Assembly: GCA_037146715.1 (NCBI GenBank)
Contig: JBAWWO010000002.1
Coordinates: 7,377-71,376 of the forward strand
Length of the DNA: 64,000 bases
Reading direction: 5' to 3'
Source of the DNA: Alphaproteobacteria bacterium
Lineage (GTDB): Bacteria; Pseudomonadota; Alphaproteobacteria; UBA7879; UBA5542
Part shown: one piece after another, positions 18,180 through 28,066 of the stretch
Numbering within the stretch: position 1 is the first letter of the stretch
How the letters are laid out: each line of letters opens with the position of its first letter
Position numbers and translations under genes: made by a program
The notes under the pieces: model-generated
Seen by the model: the letters and a program-made list of their open reading frames with translations, nothing else
Told to the model about the DNA's origin: nothing
The model's database searches: none

Positions 18180-18884
18180 CTAGGTTTTATACCCAAAAAG
18201 ATGGTTTTTTATCTTCTCCACCGCCCCCATCCCAGGGTCTAACGGCACCGCCCCCAGATAGGGCACTTGGAAATGCTCGGCCAGATCTTCTCCCCCACGG
18301 CCGGGGAAAATTTCGAAATTTTCTTGGCAACAGGGGCAAGCTACCCCCTTCATATTATCCACCACGCCCAGAATAGGGATCTTCAGCATTCTATACATTT
18401 CCAGGCATTTGGCGGCGTCCTGCGCGGCTAATTCTTGCGGCGTTGTAATCACGATCACCCCCATCAAGGGAATCGACTGGGCCAGGGTCAAATGGGCATC
18501 CCCCGTTCCCGGCGGCATGTCTACCACCAGCCAATCCAAATCCCCCCATGCCACATCTTGAAACAGCTGCTTCACCGCCGTTTGTACCATAGGTCCCCGC
18601 CACACCACAGGATTTGTTTTTTCCAGCAAAAACCCCATAGACATGGCCTTAAGTCCATCCTTCTCAAGGGGCACAAACTTTTTATCCTGAATCTTTGGTT
18701 TGTCCTCAATGCCCATCAGTTTGGGGACTGAGGGGCCATAAATATCCCCATCCAGTAACCCCACCTTCAAACCATCTTTCACCAATAAATTGGCAAGGGT
18801 AAAGGCAATTGTTGATTTTCCAACGCCCCCCTTTCCGGAAACTACGGCGATAATATTCTTAATTGAAGGAAATTCTAGTTTCAT
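18180..18884 (-). CDS. mrp: Fe-S cluster carrier ATPase Mrp/ApbC (ParA/MinD family)
   Basis: Deviant Walker A GKGGVGKST and the CPxC motif (VACPCC). The C-terminus …FGYKT-stop is encoded by the repeat-terminus motif 'aaaacctag'. Confidence 0.85.
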   Translation of the reverse strand: MKLEFPSIKNIIAVVSGKGGVGKSTIAFTLANLLVKDGLKVGLLDGDIYGPSVPKLMGIEDKPKIQDKKFVPLEKDGLKAMSMGFLLEKTNPVVWRGPMVQTAVKQLFQDVAWGDLDWLVVDMPPGTGDAHLTLAQSIPLMGVIVITTPQELAAQDAAKCLEMYRMLKIPILGVVDNMKGVACPCCQENFEIFPGRGGEDLAEHFQVPYLGAVPLDPGMGAVEKIKNHLFGYKT

Positions 18885-20267
18885 TTAGATGCCTGAGGGC
18901 ACATCAATCCCCGCAAAGGGCAAAATTTCCATGACCTTTTTCAAAGAAGTTGCTTGGAACCCCGTGGAAGAATTCTTCTTTTCGCCCTGCTTATAAGTTG
19001 GCAGAATCGCCCCCTTGAACCCCAGCTTTTCCGCCTCTTTCAAACGGCTGGCAATTTGGCCCACATTTCGAATTTCACCGGAAAGGCCAATTTCCCCAAA
19101 AATCACATGGTCTGTCGGAAGGGGCGTATCTGAAATAGAGGAAAGCAGTGCCATGGCCACCGCCAAATCCGCCGCCGGTTCCGTAATTTTTAATCCTCCC
19201 GCCACGTTCAAGAAAATATCTTTGCCCCCAAACCCAATGCCACAGCGAGATTCCAGCACAGCCATAATCATAGCCAACCGACCCGCATCCCAGCCAATCA
19301 CATTTCGCCGAGGGGCCGCAAAGGGGGATGGCGCCGCAAGGGCTTGAATTTCCACCAGCAAAGGCCGTGTTCCTTCGATCCCCGCAAAGATCACGCTGCC
19401 ACTCACATGTTCTTGCCTGTCCGCAATAAAAGCGGCTGAGGGATTTTCCACCTGACGAAGCCCCTCTTGAGTCATCTCAAAAACCCCAATTTCGTCTGTG
19501 GCGCCGAACCTATTTTTGACAGACCGCAGAATACGGAATTGGTGGCCCCGGTCCCCCTCAAAATACAAAACCGTATCCACCATATGTTCCAGAACCCGCG
19601 GTCCCGCCAAGGTGCCCTCTTTGGTCACGTGGCCCACTAAAATCAGAACCAGATTATTCTTTTTAGCGATACGAATCAGTTCTTGCGCGCACGTCCGCAC
19701 CTGAGTCACCGTGCCTGGGGCTGAATCAATACTATCCAGATAAATGGTTTGGATTGAGTCAATCACCACAAACTGCGGTGCCGGCTTAGCTTCCAGGGTT
19801 TTAATAATGCGCCGTAAATCGCTGCTGGCACTCAGCTGAACCGCCGCATTTTCAACGCCCAGTCGATGGGCCCGCAGGCGCACCTGGTCAATACCCTCTT
19901 CCCCTGAAATATAAAAGCAAGTTTGGTTTTTTGAAAGGGCTGCCGCCACTTGCAACAACAAAGTCGACTTTCCAATACCCGGGTCACCCCCCACCAGAAT
20001 GACGGATCCCGGCACCAACCCCCCACCACAAACCCGATCAAATTCATTGATGTCTGACGCAAAGCGATGATGGATTGAAGACTCTCCTTTAAGAGGAAAC
20101 ATTTCTAAGGAATTTGAACTTTTAGACGGGGTCATCCCCTTGGGAATCACAGCAACGGTTTCTTCCAGAATAGAGTTCCATCCCCCGCAATCCGCACACT
20201 GGCCGCTCCATTTGGGTTGGTGCACACCACATTCCTGGCAGATAAAAACAACAGATGACTTGCTCAA
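18885..20267 (-). CDS. radA: DNA repair protein RadA/Sms
   Basis: N-terminal Zn-finger CQECGVHQPKWSGQCADCGGWNS. RecA-like Walker A GGDPGIGKSTLLLQ. Lon-like C-terminal domain. Confidence 0.9.
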   Translation of the reverse strand: MSKSSVVFICQECGVHQPKWSGQCADCGGWNSILEETVAVIPKGMTPSKSSNSLEMFPLKGESSIHHRFASDINEFDRVCGGGLVPGSVILVGGDPGIGKSTLLLQVAAALSKNQTCFYISGEEGIDQVRLRAHRLGVENAAVQLSASSDLRRIIKTLEAKPAPQFVVIDSIQTIYLDSIDSAPGTVTQVRTCAQELIRIAKKNNLVLILVGHVTKEGTLAGPRVLEHMVDTVLYFEGDRGHQFRILRSVKNRFGATDEIGVFEMTQEGLRQVENPSAAFIADRQEHVSGSVIFAGIEGTRPLLVEIQALAAPSPFAAPRRNVIGWDAGRLAMIMAVLESRCGIGFGGKDIFLNVAGGLKITEPAADLAVAMALLSSISDTPLPTDHVIFGEIGLSGEIRNVGQIASRLKEAEKLGFKGAILPTYKQGEKKNSSTGFQATSLKKVMEILPFAGIDVPSGI

Positions 20268-21043
20268 GCAGATCTCAATTTTCTTTTGACGATAGGCCGA
20301 ATATGCTTATGGCCATTCACGAATTCCTGTACATACTTATTTTTGCACGCCATCAGTTGGGAGGCTTTCCCGGTCCAGATTAACTTGCCGTCTTTCAGCA
20401 TGGTCATTTTGTCCGCAATAAATTTAGCAGATTCAATGTCGTGGGTAATGGTAATGGTGGTGGCGCCCAGATCCGTCACAGACTTTTTGATCAGATTATC
20501 AATCGTTCCACACATAACTGGGTCAAGCCCCGTTGTGGGCTCGTCAAAGAACAAAATTTCCGGGTCCGTCGCAATGGCACGGGCCAAACCCACCCGCTTT
20601 TGCATGCCCCCGGAAAGTTCGGATGGTGACAAATCCAAAACCTCATCCCCCAACCCCACAGATTCTAGCTTTTTCCGGGCAATGGTGCGGGCCCTAAGGG
20701 CTGGTAATTTATAGTTGTAAAGCAACTGAAAAGCCACATTTTTCCAGGTGGGCAAGCTATCAAACAGGGCGCTCCCCTGAAACAGCATCCCTAATTTCTG
20801 CAACACTTTCATGCGTTCCGATTCGCTAAGGTTCAGAATATTTTCCCCATCTATTTTAATAGCGCCCATATCTGGTTTAATCAGCCCCAAAATGCACTTC
20901 AACAACACGGATTTTCCGCTGCCTGACCCCCCCAGAACCACCAAAGATTCCCCCGGCATCACCTTAAAGCTGACCCCTTGAAGAACTTTTTTGTCTCCAA
21001 AACTTTTATGCAGATTTATAACTTCTATTTTAGGAATCATCAT
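20264..21043 (-). CDS. mlaF: Phospholipid ABC transporter ATP-binding protein MlaF
   Basis: Walker A GGSGSGKS, ABC signature LSGGMQKR and Walker B ILFFDEP. Confidence 0.8.
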   Translation of the reverse strand: MMIPKIEVINLHKSFGDKKVLQGVSFKVMPGESLVVLGGSGSGKSVLLKCILGLIKPDMGAIKIDGENILNLSESERMKVLQKLGMLFQGSALFDSLPTWKNVAFQLLYNYKLPALRARTIARKKLESVGLGDEVLDLSPSELSGGMQKRVGLARAIATDPEILFFDEPTTGLDPVMCGTIDNLIKKSVTDLGATTITITHDIESAKFIADKMTMLKDGKLIWTGKASQLMACKNKYVQEFVNGHKHIRPIVKRKLRSA

Positions 21044-21045
21044 AT

Positions 21046-21825
21046 CTATTTCGCAAATAAAAGAGCTGTTAATATATAGTCTGAAATCAGAATGGTGATT
21101 GAGGCCAACACAACAGCATTCGTCGTAGCAAAACCAACACCCTGGGCACCACCCTTGGATTTATACCCTTGATAACACCCGAATAAAGAAATAATAAACC
21201 CAAATACAGCCGCCTTAACCAAACCCGAATTCACGTCATGAGCTTCTAGATATTTAAAAGTTTGTTCCAAATACAAAGCCCCATTAAATTTCAATTTGTG
21301 AACGCTGATCAAATAGCCCCCCAGAACGCCAATAGCATCAGCACAAATCACCAACAGAGGCAAGCTGATAATACTAGCCAAAACCTTGGGCACCACCAAA
21401 TATTTCATGGGGTTTGTTGACAGGGTAATCAAGGCATCAATTTGCTCCGTCACCCGCATAGTTCCGATTTCTGCCGCCATGGCTGCCCCCACGCGCCCCG
21501 CTACCATCAAACTGGCCAAAACAGGGCCTAGTTCACGAGTTATCGAAAGAACCACAACGGTCGCAATAGAATTTTCAGCAGAAAACCTAGAAAAACCCGT
21601 ATAGCTTTGCAGCGCGAGCACCATTCCCGTGAAAACCGCTGTCAACCCTACCACCGGCAAAGACAAGAAACCGATCTTATAAAGTTCCTTAAAAAATTGT
21701 TTGAAATAAAAAGGCGGTCTGAAGCAGCAATAAAGAATGTTAGCGGCGAATAAAGAAATATTCCCCAGGTACTTCATGAAGTCTAAAGTCAACGTCCCAA
21801 TACGTAAAATGTTTAAAGCAACCAT
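21046..21825 (-). CDS. mlaE: Phospholipid ABC transporter permease MlaE
   Basis: 259-aa polytopic membrane protein of the MlaE/YrbE family, immediately upstream of mlaF. Confidence 0.8.
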   Translation of the reverse strand: MVALNILRIGTLTLDFMKYLGNISLFAANILYCCFRPPFYFKQFFKELYKIGFLSLPVVGLTAVFTGMVLALQSYTGFSRFSAENSIATVVVLSITRELGPVLASLMVAGRVGAAMAAEIGTMRVTEQIDALITLSTNPMKYLVVPKVLASIISLPLLVICADAIGVLGGYLISVHKLKFNGALYLEQTFKYLEAHDVNSGLVKAAVFGFIISLFGCYQGYKSKGGAQGVGFATTNAVVLASITILISDYILTALLFAK

Positions 21826-21980
21826 TCTTTATGTATAACTGAATATGCCCCTGCTGCACAAGATGTATTCTGCACCGTCATTCTTCCTGGACTTGGCTAG
21901 ATGGCCACGCCTTACTTGCGAAGACGAATTCTTGCAGTCGTCACGTAAACTTAAATGTTATAGCTAAACTTCTGTGAAAA

Positions 21981-22095
21981 GATACTCCCCTCTATTGCTT
22001 TCCTCAGGTTTGGCTCGAGGATCCATTTTTCTATAAAAACATAGGGTTTGGACCCTCCCGCTAAGCCCGAGGGAGTAACTGAAAGATACTCATTT
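21981..22095. repeat. Family B mosaic palindromic element flanked by a direct repeat
   Basis: Shares the 'cccctctattgctttcctc.gg' module and the 'ccctcccgctaagcccgaggg' hairpin with other copies. It is flanked by 'gaaaagatactc' and 'gaaagatactc', which could be a target-site duplication. Confidence 0.45.
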
Positions 22096-22137
22096 TATCT
22101 GAGTTTGGTTATACTGTCTCTCCTACTCTGCAAGAGC

Positions 22138-23811
22138 CTATTCCGCAAAGTCTGGCATTTGAATCTGCAATTCCTTCATTGCCTGAACAAGTGCACGATA
22201 TGCGGGGCCCTGAATACTTATACTTGTTGTTTTTAAGGCCTCCTCAGCCTTAAACATAGCTTGTCTCAAGTTATTCGCTTGAGAATAAGAAGACCCCTGA
22301 TAGCTTTTAACCAAGACTTTGCTCGCAACTCCCATCAAATAGTCTATCCTATCTCTATAACTAGAGTTTTTGGTAACATTAGTAGGAAGACTGTTCTCAT
22401 ATTCAGTTCGCATAAAATCAGGTAATTTTGGATTAATAAGCAATAGACGTATAACTTTTATGTATTGGTCTTTTTTAGCCCCTTCAGATGTAGTTGAATC
22501 AGTTAAGATCCTATTTAATCTGCTCCATTCTGTAAATTCCGGCGTAAGACTTTCATCCGACCGCCTTGGCGGGATAAGTTGCCCCAAATATTGAACTTTC
22601 TCTGCCAAGGGAGAGGCTTCAGTCAATCCAGAATCCTCTGGTGAGGGAGAACTAGCTTTTTTGAGCCCCGCCCACTTCAATATCTTTCTTCCTGCTCTGA
22701 CAAGTAGAGGTTTTTTCTTTTGAGAATCACTTTGTTGCGATGCTTCTCCCCCTGCAGCCGCAGGGCTTTGCAATCCTTCCAAACGGATGACTTGATGTCC
22801 GGCAGCGTCTTCTTCTTCATCTTCGCTTGATGCCTGAATATCCTGATCCGGAGGAAGAGAGAAAGGAGGAGGAGGAATAGTGAATGTCGCAGATCCTCTA
22901 CGGGGCGCAAGGACAGGTTCTTGGCCCTCTTTTTGAACGCTTTTACCGGAGGAGAGTGCTGAGGGGGGCAAGTCAAAAGAATCAATTGAGGAGCTCCGAC
23001 TGAGAATGGCAGGAGTGTGAAGCTCTCGTTTTTGTTGTTCAGCGTCTCTAATTTGCAGCTCCTTCATAACAGAATCTTGCGGAAGCATAGATGGAATAAT
23101 ACTTTCTTTACTCTCGATCTTGAAACCTTGTACTCTCTGTGCTGCTTGAGGTTGCCGTGGTGGTGGTGGAGGAGAAGTCCGTTTCTTCAGAGCCTCCCGT
23201 TGTGCCTCTGTCAGCTTACCAGAAGTCTCCACATTCCAATCAATACCAGTACTTACTGGGCGGCGGCTGGGGGGAGGAGGAACAGGGAGGGGACGAGTCG
23301 CCGGCCCTTGAGAAGCTTTCGTTGCCGGGGGAGTGGGTTGCGAACTAGCCGCTGGAGGCATAGAGGGGCGGGGGGGAACTGGCTTCCTTTGAGCAGCAAC
23401 TCCCGTTTTCGAATTCGGATGAGGAGCGGAAACCGACCCTACCATCGCTGGCTTTTGAGCTTCCGTTGCTGGGGGAGTAGGTTGCAAACTAGCTGGCGCC
23501 GCATGGGGGCGGCTGGCGGGCCGAGGAGGAACACTGGGGGTCGGCTCTTGAGCAGTTTCCGTTGCTTGATTTGACGTATCCGAACTACTACTACTCATCA
23601 ATTGAGCTAGACGAGCTTTCACAGCCATTGTGTTACTTCGGATCTCATCCAGTGTAAATCTCTTACTTGATACTAGCATCGCTATCTCGTCTGGGGTATA
23701 GTTTCCCTGCGCAGCTCTCCTTATATTGTTATCTGCTGGATTAGCAACTGCCCCTTCAAAATTGAGAGATAAAAGACCCAACAACACCCAAAAATATATC
23801 TTTTTACTCAT
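22138..23811 (-). CDS. Secreted proline-rich protein, paralog 1 of an N-terminal-module family
   Basis: Signal peptide MSKKIYFWVLLGLLSLNFEGAVA followed by a conserved about 35-aa module. The middle carries PPxP and polyproline tracts (SPPPPPRQP, PVPPPPSRRP) and an acidic patch (SSEDEEEDAA). The N-terminal 57 aa are nearly identical to the 24063..25136 product. Confidence 0.6.
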   Translation of the reverse strand: MSKKIYFWVLLGLLSLNFEGAVANPADNNIRRAAQGNYTPDEIAMLVSSKRFTLDEIRSNTMAVKARLAQLMSSSSSDTSNQATETAQEPTPSVPPRPASRPHAAPASLQPTPPATEAQKPAMVGSVSAPHPNSKTGVAAQRKPVPPRPSMPPAASSQPTPPATKASQGPATRPLPVPPPPSRRPVSTGIDWNVETSGKLTEAQREALKKRTSPPPPPRQPQAAQRVQGFKIESKESIIPSMLPQDSVMKELQIRDAEQQKRELHTPAILSRSSSIDSFDLPPSALSSGKSVQKEGQEPVLAPRRGSATFTIPPPPFSLPPDQDIQASSEDEEEDAAGHQVIRLEGLQSPAAAGGEASQQSDSQKKKPLLVRAGRKILKWAGLKKASSPSPEDSGLTEASPLAEKVQYLGQLIPPRRSDESLTPEFTEWSRLNRILTDSTTSEGAKKDQYIKVIRLLLINPKLPDFMRTEYENSLPTNVTKNSSYRDRIDYLMGVASKVLVKSYQGSSYSQANNLRQAMFKAEEALKTTSISIQGPAYRALVQAMKELQIQMPDFAE

Positions 23812-24062
23812 ATTTTCCCCAATTATCTGCCACTTTTTTGCAAACTTCAGATCTAAAAAATTTTCTTGTTTATCCCAGATTCAACTACTTCCCTACTGGC
23901 ATCACCAGATCTAAACCTTCTTCTTTTTTAGCAGATTCAGTTAAGAGTTTCATAATTTTCAGTGTTCTCTGCCAAACTCCAACTCACTGGTCTTACCAAA
24001 AAATAGACCCTCGGGGTCAAACCCGGGAAAGACAATTATTGGGTGCTTGAATCGCCCTAAAA

Positions 24063-25136
24063 TCAGACATCAGAGTCTCCAAACGGTTCTGAAGCAAAAT
24101 GAATGCCCAGGTTTTTATTGTTCCTAATCTCATCATTTATTTTGGCAAGTGTAGTTGTAAATTTTACTTTTAATGGACTTGCATCCCCCCTTAGATTCTC
24201 TTGCGTCAAAATATCTCCAGCAATATTTTTCAATATATGCCTTTTCTTTAGGGCAGCTTCCTTATACTTCATTAATAATGAACAATCTTCTGGAGTTACT
24301 TGCTTGCCTCCTGCTAGAGTTGTTGTGCAGATCTTCCCCGGCGTCGCACTCTTGCGCAACCACTCAGTAAATTTCGCTCTTGGAACAAATAAATGAGCGT
24401 AGTCCCTTGCCGTTATTATTTGATTAATATTCTTGATCTGTTGAATAAGGTCCTGAACATCTCTATGTCCAACATACTCAACAGCAAGCTCTTGCAACGA
24501 TTTCACCCCTACACTACTAAGCCGGCTAGAACTCTGTTGTTGATTAGCAGTCTGAGAGTCAAGGATCGCAAGCTTAGCATCAATTATACCGAAAAGCTGA
24601 GTCTGCAAAGATTGACCCTCTATAGTCGGAATCTTTTTTTTGCTTGCTTCACCCCTTAGAGCCTCCAGACCTTTTTTATCAAAAACTGCGCTGGAGTCGT
24701 TTAATTTCTTAATCTGCTTATGAAACCAATCTATGTGTTCTTGTGTTTCTGTGCCTTTTAGATCTGATGCTCCAGCTTCCCCACGTATCCTACTTTCATC
24801 TTCTGCTAGCACCGTCATCTGGAGAACTCTTGTTTTTTCAACTTTAAGAGCATTCGCATCTCCCCCTCCTTCTTCCTTCATCCTTATTGCCTTATTAAGC
24901 TCTGCCACCGTTTCTGGATGCCTTATCGCGGCTAAGGATTGTTTCACTTCAGAAACGTTCCCTCGGATCTGCTCCACTGTAAATTTCCTGCTTGATACTA
25001 GCATCGCTATCTCGTCTGGGGTATAGTTTCCCTGCGCAGCTCTCCTTATATTGTTATCTGCTGGATTAGCAACTGCCCCTTCAAAATTGAGAGATAAAAG
25101 ACCCAACAACACCCAAAAATATATCTTTTTACTCAC
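24063..25136 (-). CDS. Secreted protein, paralog 2 of the N-terminal-module family
   Basis: Same signal peptide and N-terminal module, with about 150 bp of identical DNA to 23660-23811. The C-terminal domain is unrelated and not proline-rich. Confidence 0.6.
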   Translation of the reverse strand: MSKKIYFWVLLGLLSLNFEGAVANPADNNIRRAAQGNYTPDEIAMLVSSRKFTVEQIRGNVSEVKQSLAAIRHPETVAELNKAIRMKEEGGGDANALKVEKTRVLQMTVLAEDESRIRGEAGASDLKGTETQEHIDWFHKQIKKLNDSSAVFDKKGLEALRGEASKKKIPTIEGQSLQTQLFGIIDAKLAILDSQTANQQQSSSRLSSVGVKSLQELAVEYVGHRDVQDLIQQIKNINQIITARDYAHLFVPRAKFTEWLRKSATPGKICTTTLAGGKQVTPEDCSLLMKYKEAALKKRHILKNIAGDILTQENLRGDASPLKVKFTTTLAKINDEIRNNKNLGIHFASEPFGDSDV

Positions 25137-25150
25137 AATGGATTCCTTTC

Positions 25151-25929
25151 TTAGATTTTATAGTTCAAAGACAAAGTCAAAACATGCGAAGCTAAATTGG
25201 GAGACATAGAAGCGCTTAAATTAGTTGCCACTCGATCATTATAAGCAAGCAAAGGCCCCGTTGAATAGGCTTGATACATTTCATACCCATAATCAAGCTT
25301 TAAAGACAACGCTCCATCATCATTAAGCCCTTGAATAAGCCCACCGCCAAACCGAGTTCCCCATACGCGCGTCGTTTTAGTAGACCCTATGTTATCAGCA
25401 GGAATAGTTCCCTGACCATAAACAGATGTCTGAAACTTTGTATTCACTGCACCCACACTTCCATACAGGCCAAAACATTCTGTCAAGTAACTTCCGATTC
25501 TTAACAAAGCCCCATAAGTTTCCTTTTGTTTAATGGACAAAGAAAAAATGTACGAATTAGGAGGGTTAGTATTACTCTTAACATCAGCCTTGCCATTTTT
25601 AAGTTTGTTATTAGTAACTCGCGCAAGGAATTCTCCTTCTAAGAAATAATTTCCCCAGGATTCTGGTCTATAATGATAGCCCGCCATGAACGCCCCACCA
25701 ATTTTACTTTTACCTGCTAGACGCACCGTATCGTAACCTGCCACCCCACCTAGCAAATCTGACGCATACACCCCGAACCTAGTTACAGGCGTTTTCGTAT
25801 AGGTTAAACCTAAACCTGCATAAAAACCTGATTTATCAGCAGAACCTGCTTTATGATGATGTGCTTTATCAGCGAATACCGCGAAAGGCAAACCAGCGAT
25901 CAATAATGGAAGAATAAATTTTTTAGTCA
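25151..25929 (-). CDS. Outer-membrane beta-barrel protein (OmpA/opacity-porin-like)
   Basis: Signal peptide MTKKFILPLLIAGLPFAVFA, alternating beta-strand pattern, Gly/Tyr-rich. I prefer the start at 25929 over the upstream ATG at 26047. Confidence 0.55.
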
Positions 25930-26201
25930 TGTTAACGTCCCTCATATTTTTTTTAAACTTTATATAACTTATTGTATTTAAGCCCCCTATAAAAAGCATG
26001 TCAAGCCTTTTTTTGATCCATGTTATTTTTAAATACGTTAACCTCAACTATGCATTAAAGAAGATTAGCTATAGGTCTTTATGGAGAGAAAAAAATAATA
26101 TTTTTCCCCATCATTGATAAATCTGAATAATTCTTTCTTGTCCAGACATCAAGTGCGTGCTACTTTCGCGTCAATATTAAAAATAAAAAGAGAGGGAAAA
26201 C

Positions 26202-27560
26202 ATGAGTATATTTGCAGGCTTAAGACGTGACCAACGAGAAGCTATAGGTTTATTGCAAGTTGGGACTTTTCTGGAATATTTCGATTTGATGCTGTATGTG
26301 CATATGGCGGTATTATTGAATGACCTTTTCTTTCCAGCAACAGATCCCCATACGGCGGCGCTTATCGGAGCCTTTGCCTTTTGCTCGACTTATGTTTTAA
26401 GGCCTTTTGGGGCCCTTTTATTTGGGTATATTGGTGATAAAATTGGTCGCAAAACCACTGTTATTATCACAACCACCAGTATGGCCATTTCTTGCGTTGT
26501 CATGGCTAACTTACCAACCTATGCCCAGATTGGTATTTCTGCCGCGTGGATTGTGACGATTTGTCGTATTATGCAAGGGCTTTCATCTATGGGAGAGATT
26601 ATCGGGGCCACTATTTATGTAATGGAAATTACTAAGCCCCCTTTAAGATACCCAGCCGTTGCCCTGATTGGGTGTACATCCCGTGTAGGAACAGTTGTTG
26701 CGCTGATTGTAGCCAGCCTCGTAACCTCTCATGGCCTTAACTGGCGCATTGCTTTCTGGATTGGGGCAACTATTGCTCTGGTTGGGTCTGTAGCGCGCAC
26801 ACGCCTGCGGGAAACCCCTGAATTTTCTGACATGAAACGCCGCATGGCTAAAGCCATTGAAGATGCGGGTGAAGCTGGCCTTGGTAAGGCTGCAGCCCTG
26901 TTAAAAAATTCAAATAGCATTTGGAAAGAGAAAATTGGAAAGAAAACAGTCACTGCTTTTTTTGTGACAGAGTGCGCTTTTGCTGTGTGTTTTTATTTCA
27001 CTTTCATGCATTGTGGCCTTATTTTGAAAAACACCTTTCATTATACTGCCGAACAAATTATTCACCAAAACTTGGTGATGTCCATTTTTCAAATGGTTTC
27101 CTATTTCTTGTTTACCTTTATGGCGTTTAAAATATGTCCATTAAAGATTGTTCGGCTACGGGCGTGGGCGTTTGTTCCTTTTGTTATTCTGTTTCCCTTT
27201 GTAATGGAAAATGTCAGCTCTACGACCTTCTTTATTTTGCAAGCGTTTTCAGCTTTCTTTGTGCTGACAGGAACACCAGCAGTAGCCGTCTTTATGGAAC
27301 ACTTCCCTGTTTTCGGAAGGTTTACATACGTCAGCACAATTTATGCGGGGTCTCGCGCTATTGTCTACGTCATTACTTCTTTCGGGCTTGTTTATCTAAC
27401 AGAATACTTAGGCCACTGGGGTATGTGGATTATTCTAGCCCCTACAACCGTGGGCTTCATATGGGCTGTCAAACACTTTGAAAAATTGCGCGAAGGTCTT
27501 GATCTGAACACAGCCTATGAACCGCAGAGCGACCGCACCCGCGTGATCGAAGCCGTATAA
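26202..27560 (+). CDS. MFS transporter (ProP-like metabolite:H+ symporter family)
   Basis: 452 aa with 12 predicted TM segments and the MFS loop motif GYIGDKIGRK between TM2 and TM3. Confidence 0.8.
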   Translation: MSIFAGLRRDQREAIGLLQVGTFLEYFDLMLYVHMAVLLNDLFFPATDPHTAALIGAFAFCSTYVLRPFGALLFGYIGDKIGRKTTVIITTTSMAISCVVMANLPTYAQIGISAAWIVTICRIMQGLSSMGEIIGATIYVMEITKPPLRYPAVALIGCTSRVGTVVALIVASLVTSHGLNWRIAFWIGATIALVGSVARTRLRETPEFSDMKRRMAKAIEDAGEAGLGKAAALLKNSNSIWKEKIGKKTVTAFFVTECAFAVCFYFTFMHCGLILKNTFHYTAEQIIHQNLVMSIFQMVSYFLFTFMAFKICPLKIVRLRAWAFVPFVILFPFVMENVSSTTFFILQAFSAFFVLTGTPAVAVFMEHFPVFGRFTYVSTIYAGSRAIVYVITSFGLVYLTEYLGHWGMWIILAPTTVGFIWAVKHFEKLREGLDLNTAYEPQSDRTRVIEAV

Positions 27561-27571
27561 ACCATTAACGG

Positions 27572-27640
27572 AAAGGGGAAAGGATCCATTCCTTTCCCCT
27601 TGTCGTCCCCGGGCATGTCCCGGGGACCCCTGAAAACGGG
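27572..27640. other. Two consecutive perfect hairpins downstream of the MFS gene
   Basis: 'aaggggaaagg-atccatt-cctttcccctt' and 'tccccggg-catg-cccgggga', with no U-tract. They resemble the family B hairpin modules and may act as a transcription attenuator or stabiliser. Confidence 0.35.
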
Positions 27641-27736
27641 CAATTTTCAACCTACCCCTCGACAAAAAAAATAGTTTCGGTATAGTGGGGCGAGTGGGTG
27701 TGTTCCAAAAAACCCAATGGACTGTTAAAAGAGGAT

Positions 27737-28060
27737 ATGATGACTATAAATGCAACCGACGCTTCCTTTCAAAAAGATGTACTAGATTCTGCGCTGCCCG
27801 TGTTGGTAGATTTTTGGGCGCCCTGGTGTGGCCCCTGCAAGATGTTGGGCCCTGTTCTTGAGGAACTAGCCAAAGAACTGCACGGCAAGGTAGTTATTGT
27901 AAAAGTTGATATTGACCAAAATTCTGCCATTGCGGCTCGGTATGATATTCGTACTATTCCTACCATGATGATGTTTAAAAATGGGGAAGCCGTGGACACA
28001 AAAATTGGGATGATTCCAAAGCCCCGCTTGATCGAGTGGATTGAAACCGTTTCCAGGTAA
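27737..28060 (+). CDS. trxA: Thioredoxin
   Basis: WCGPC active site (WAPWCGPCKMLGP). Length about 107 aa from the internal Met. Confidence 0.85.
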   Translation: MMTINATDASFQKDVLDSALPVLVDFWAPWCGPCKMLGPVLEELAKELHGKVVIVKVDIDQNSAIAARYDIRTIPTMMMFKNGEAVDTKIGMIPKPRLIEWIETVSR

Positions 28061-28066
28061 ATCTTT

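Noticed and set aside
23017-23574. Long antisense ORFs (185 aa and 69 aa, Arg/Trp/Gly-rich) opposite the proline-rich gene
   Set aside because: This is the expected artefact of the reverse complement of CCN-rich sequence. The ORFs have no start context and no homology.
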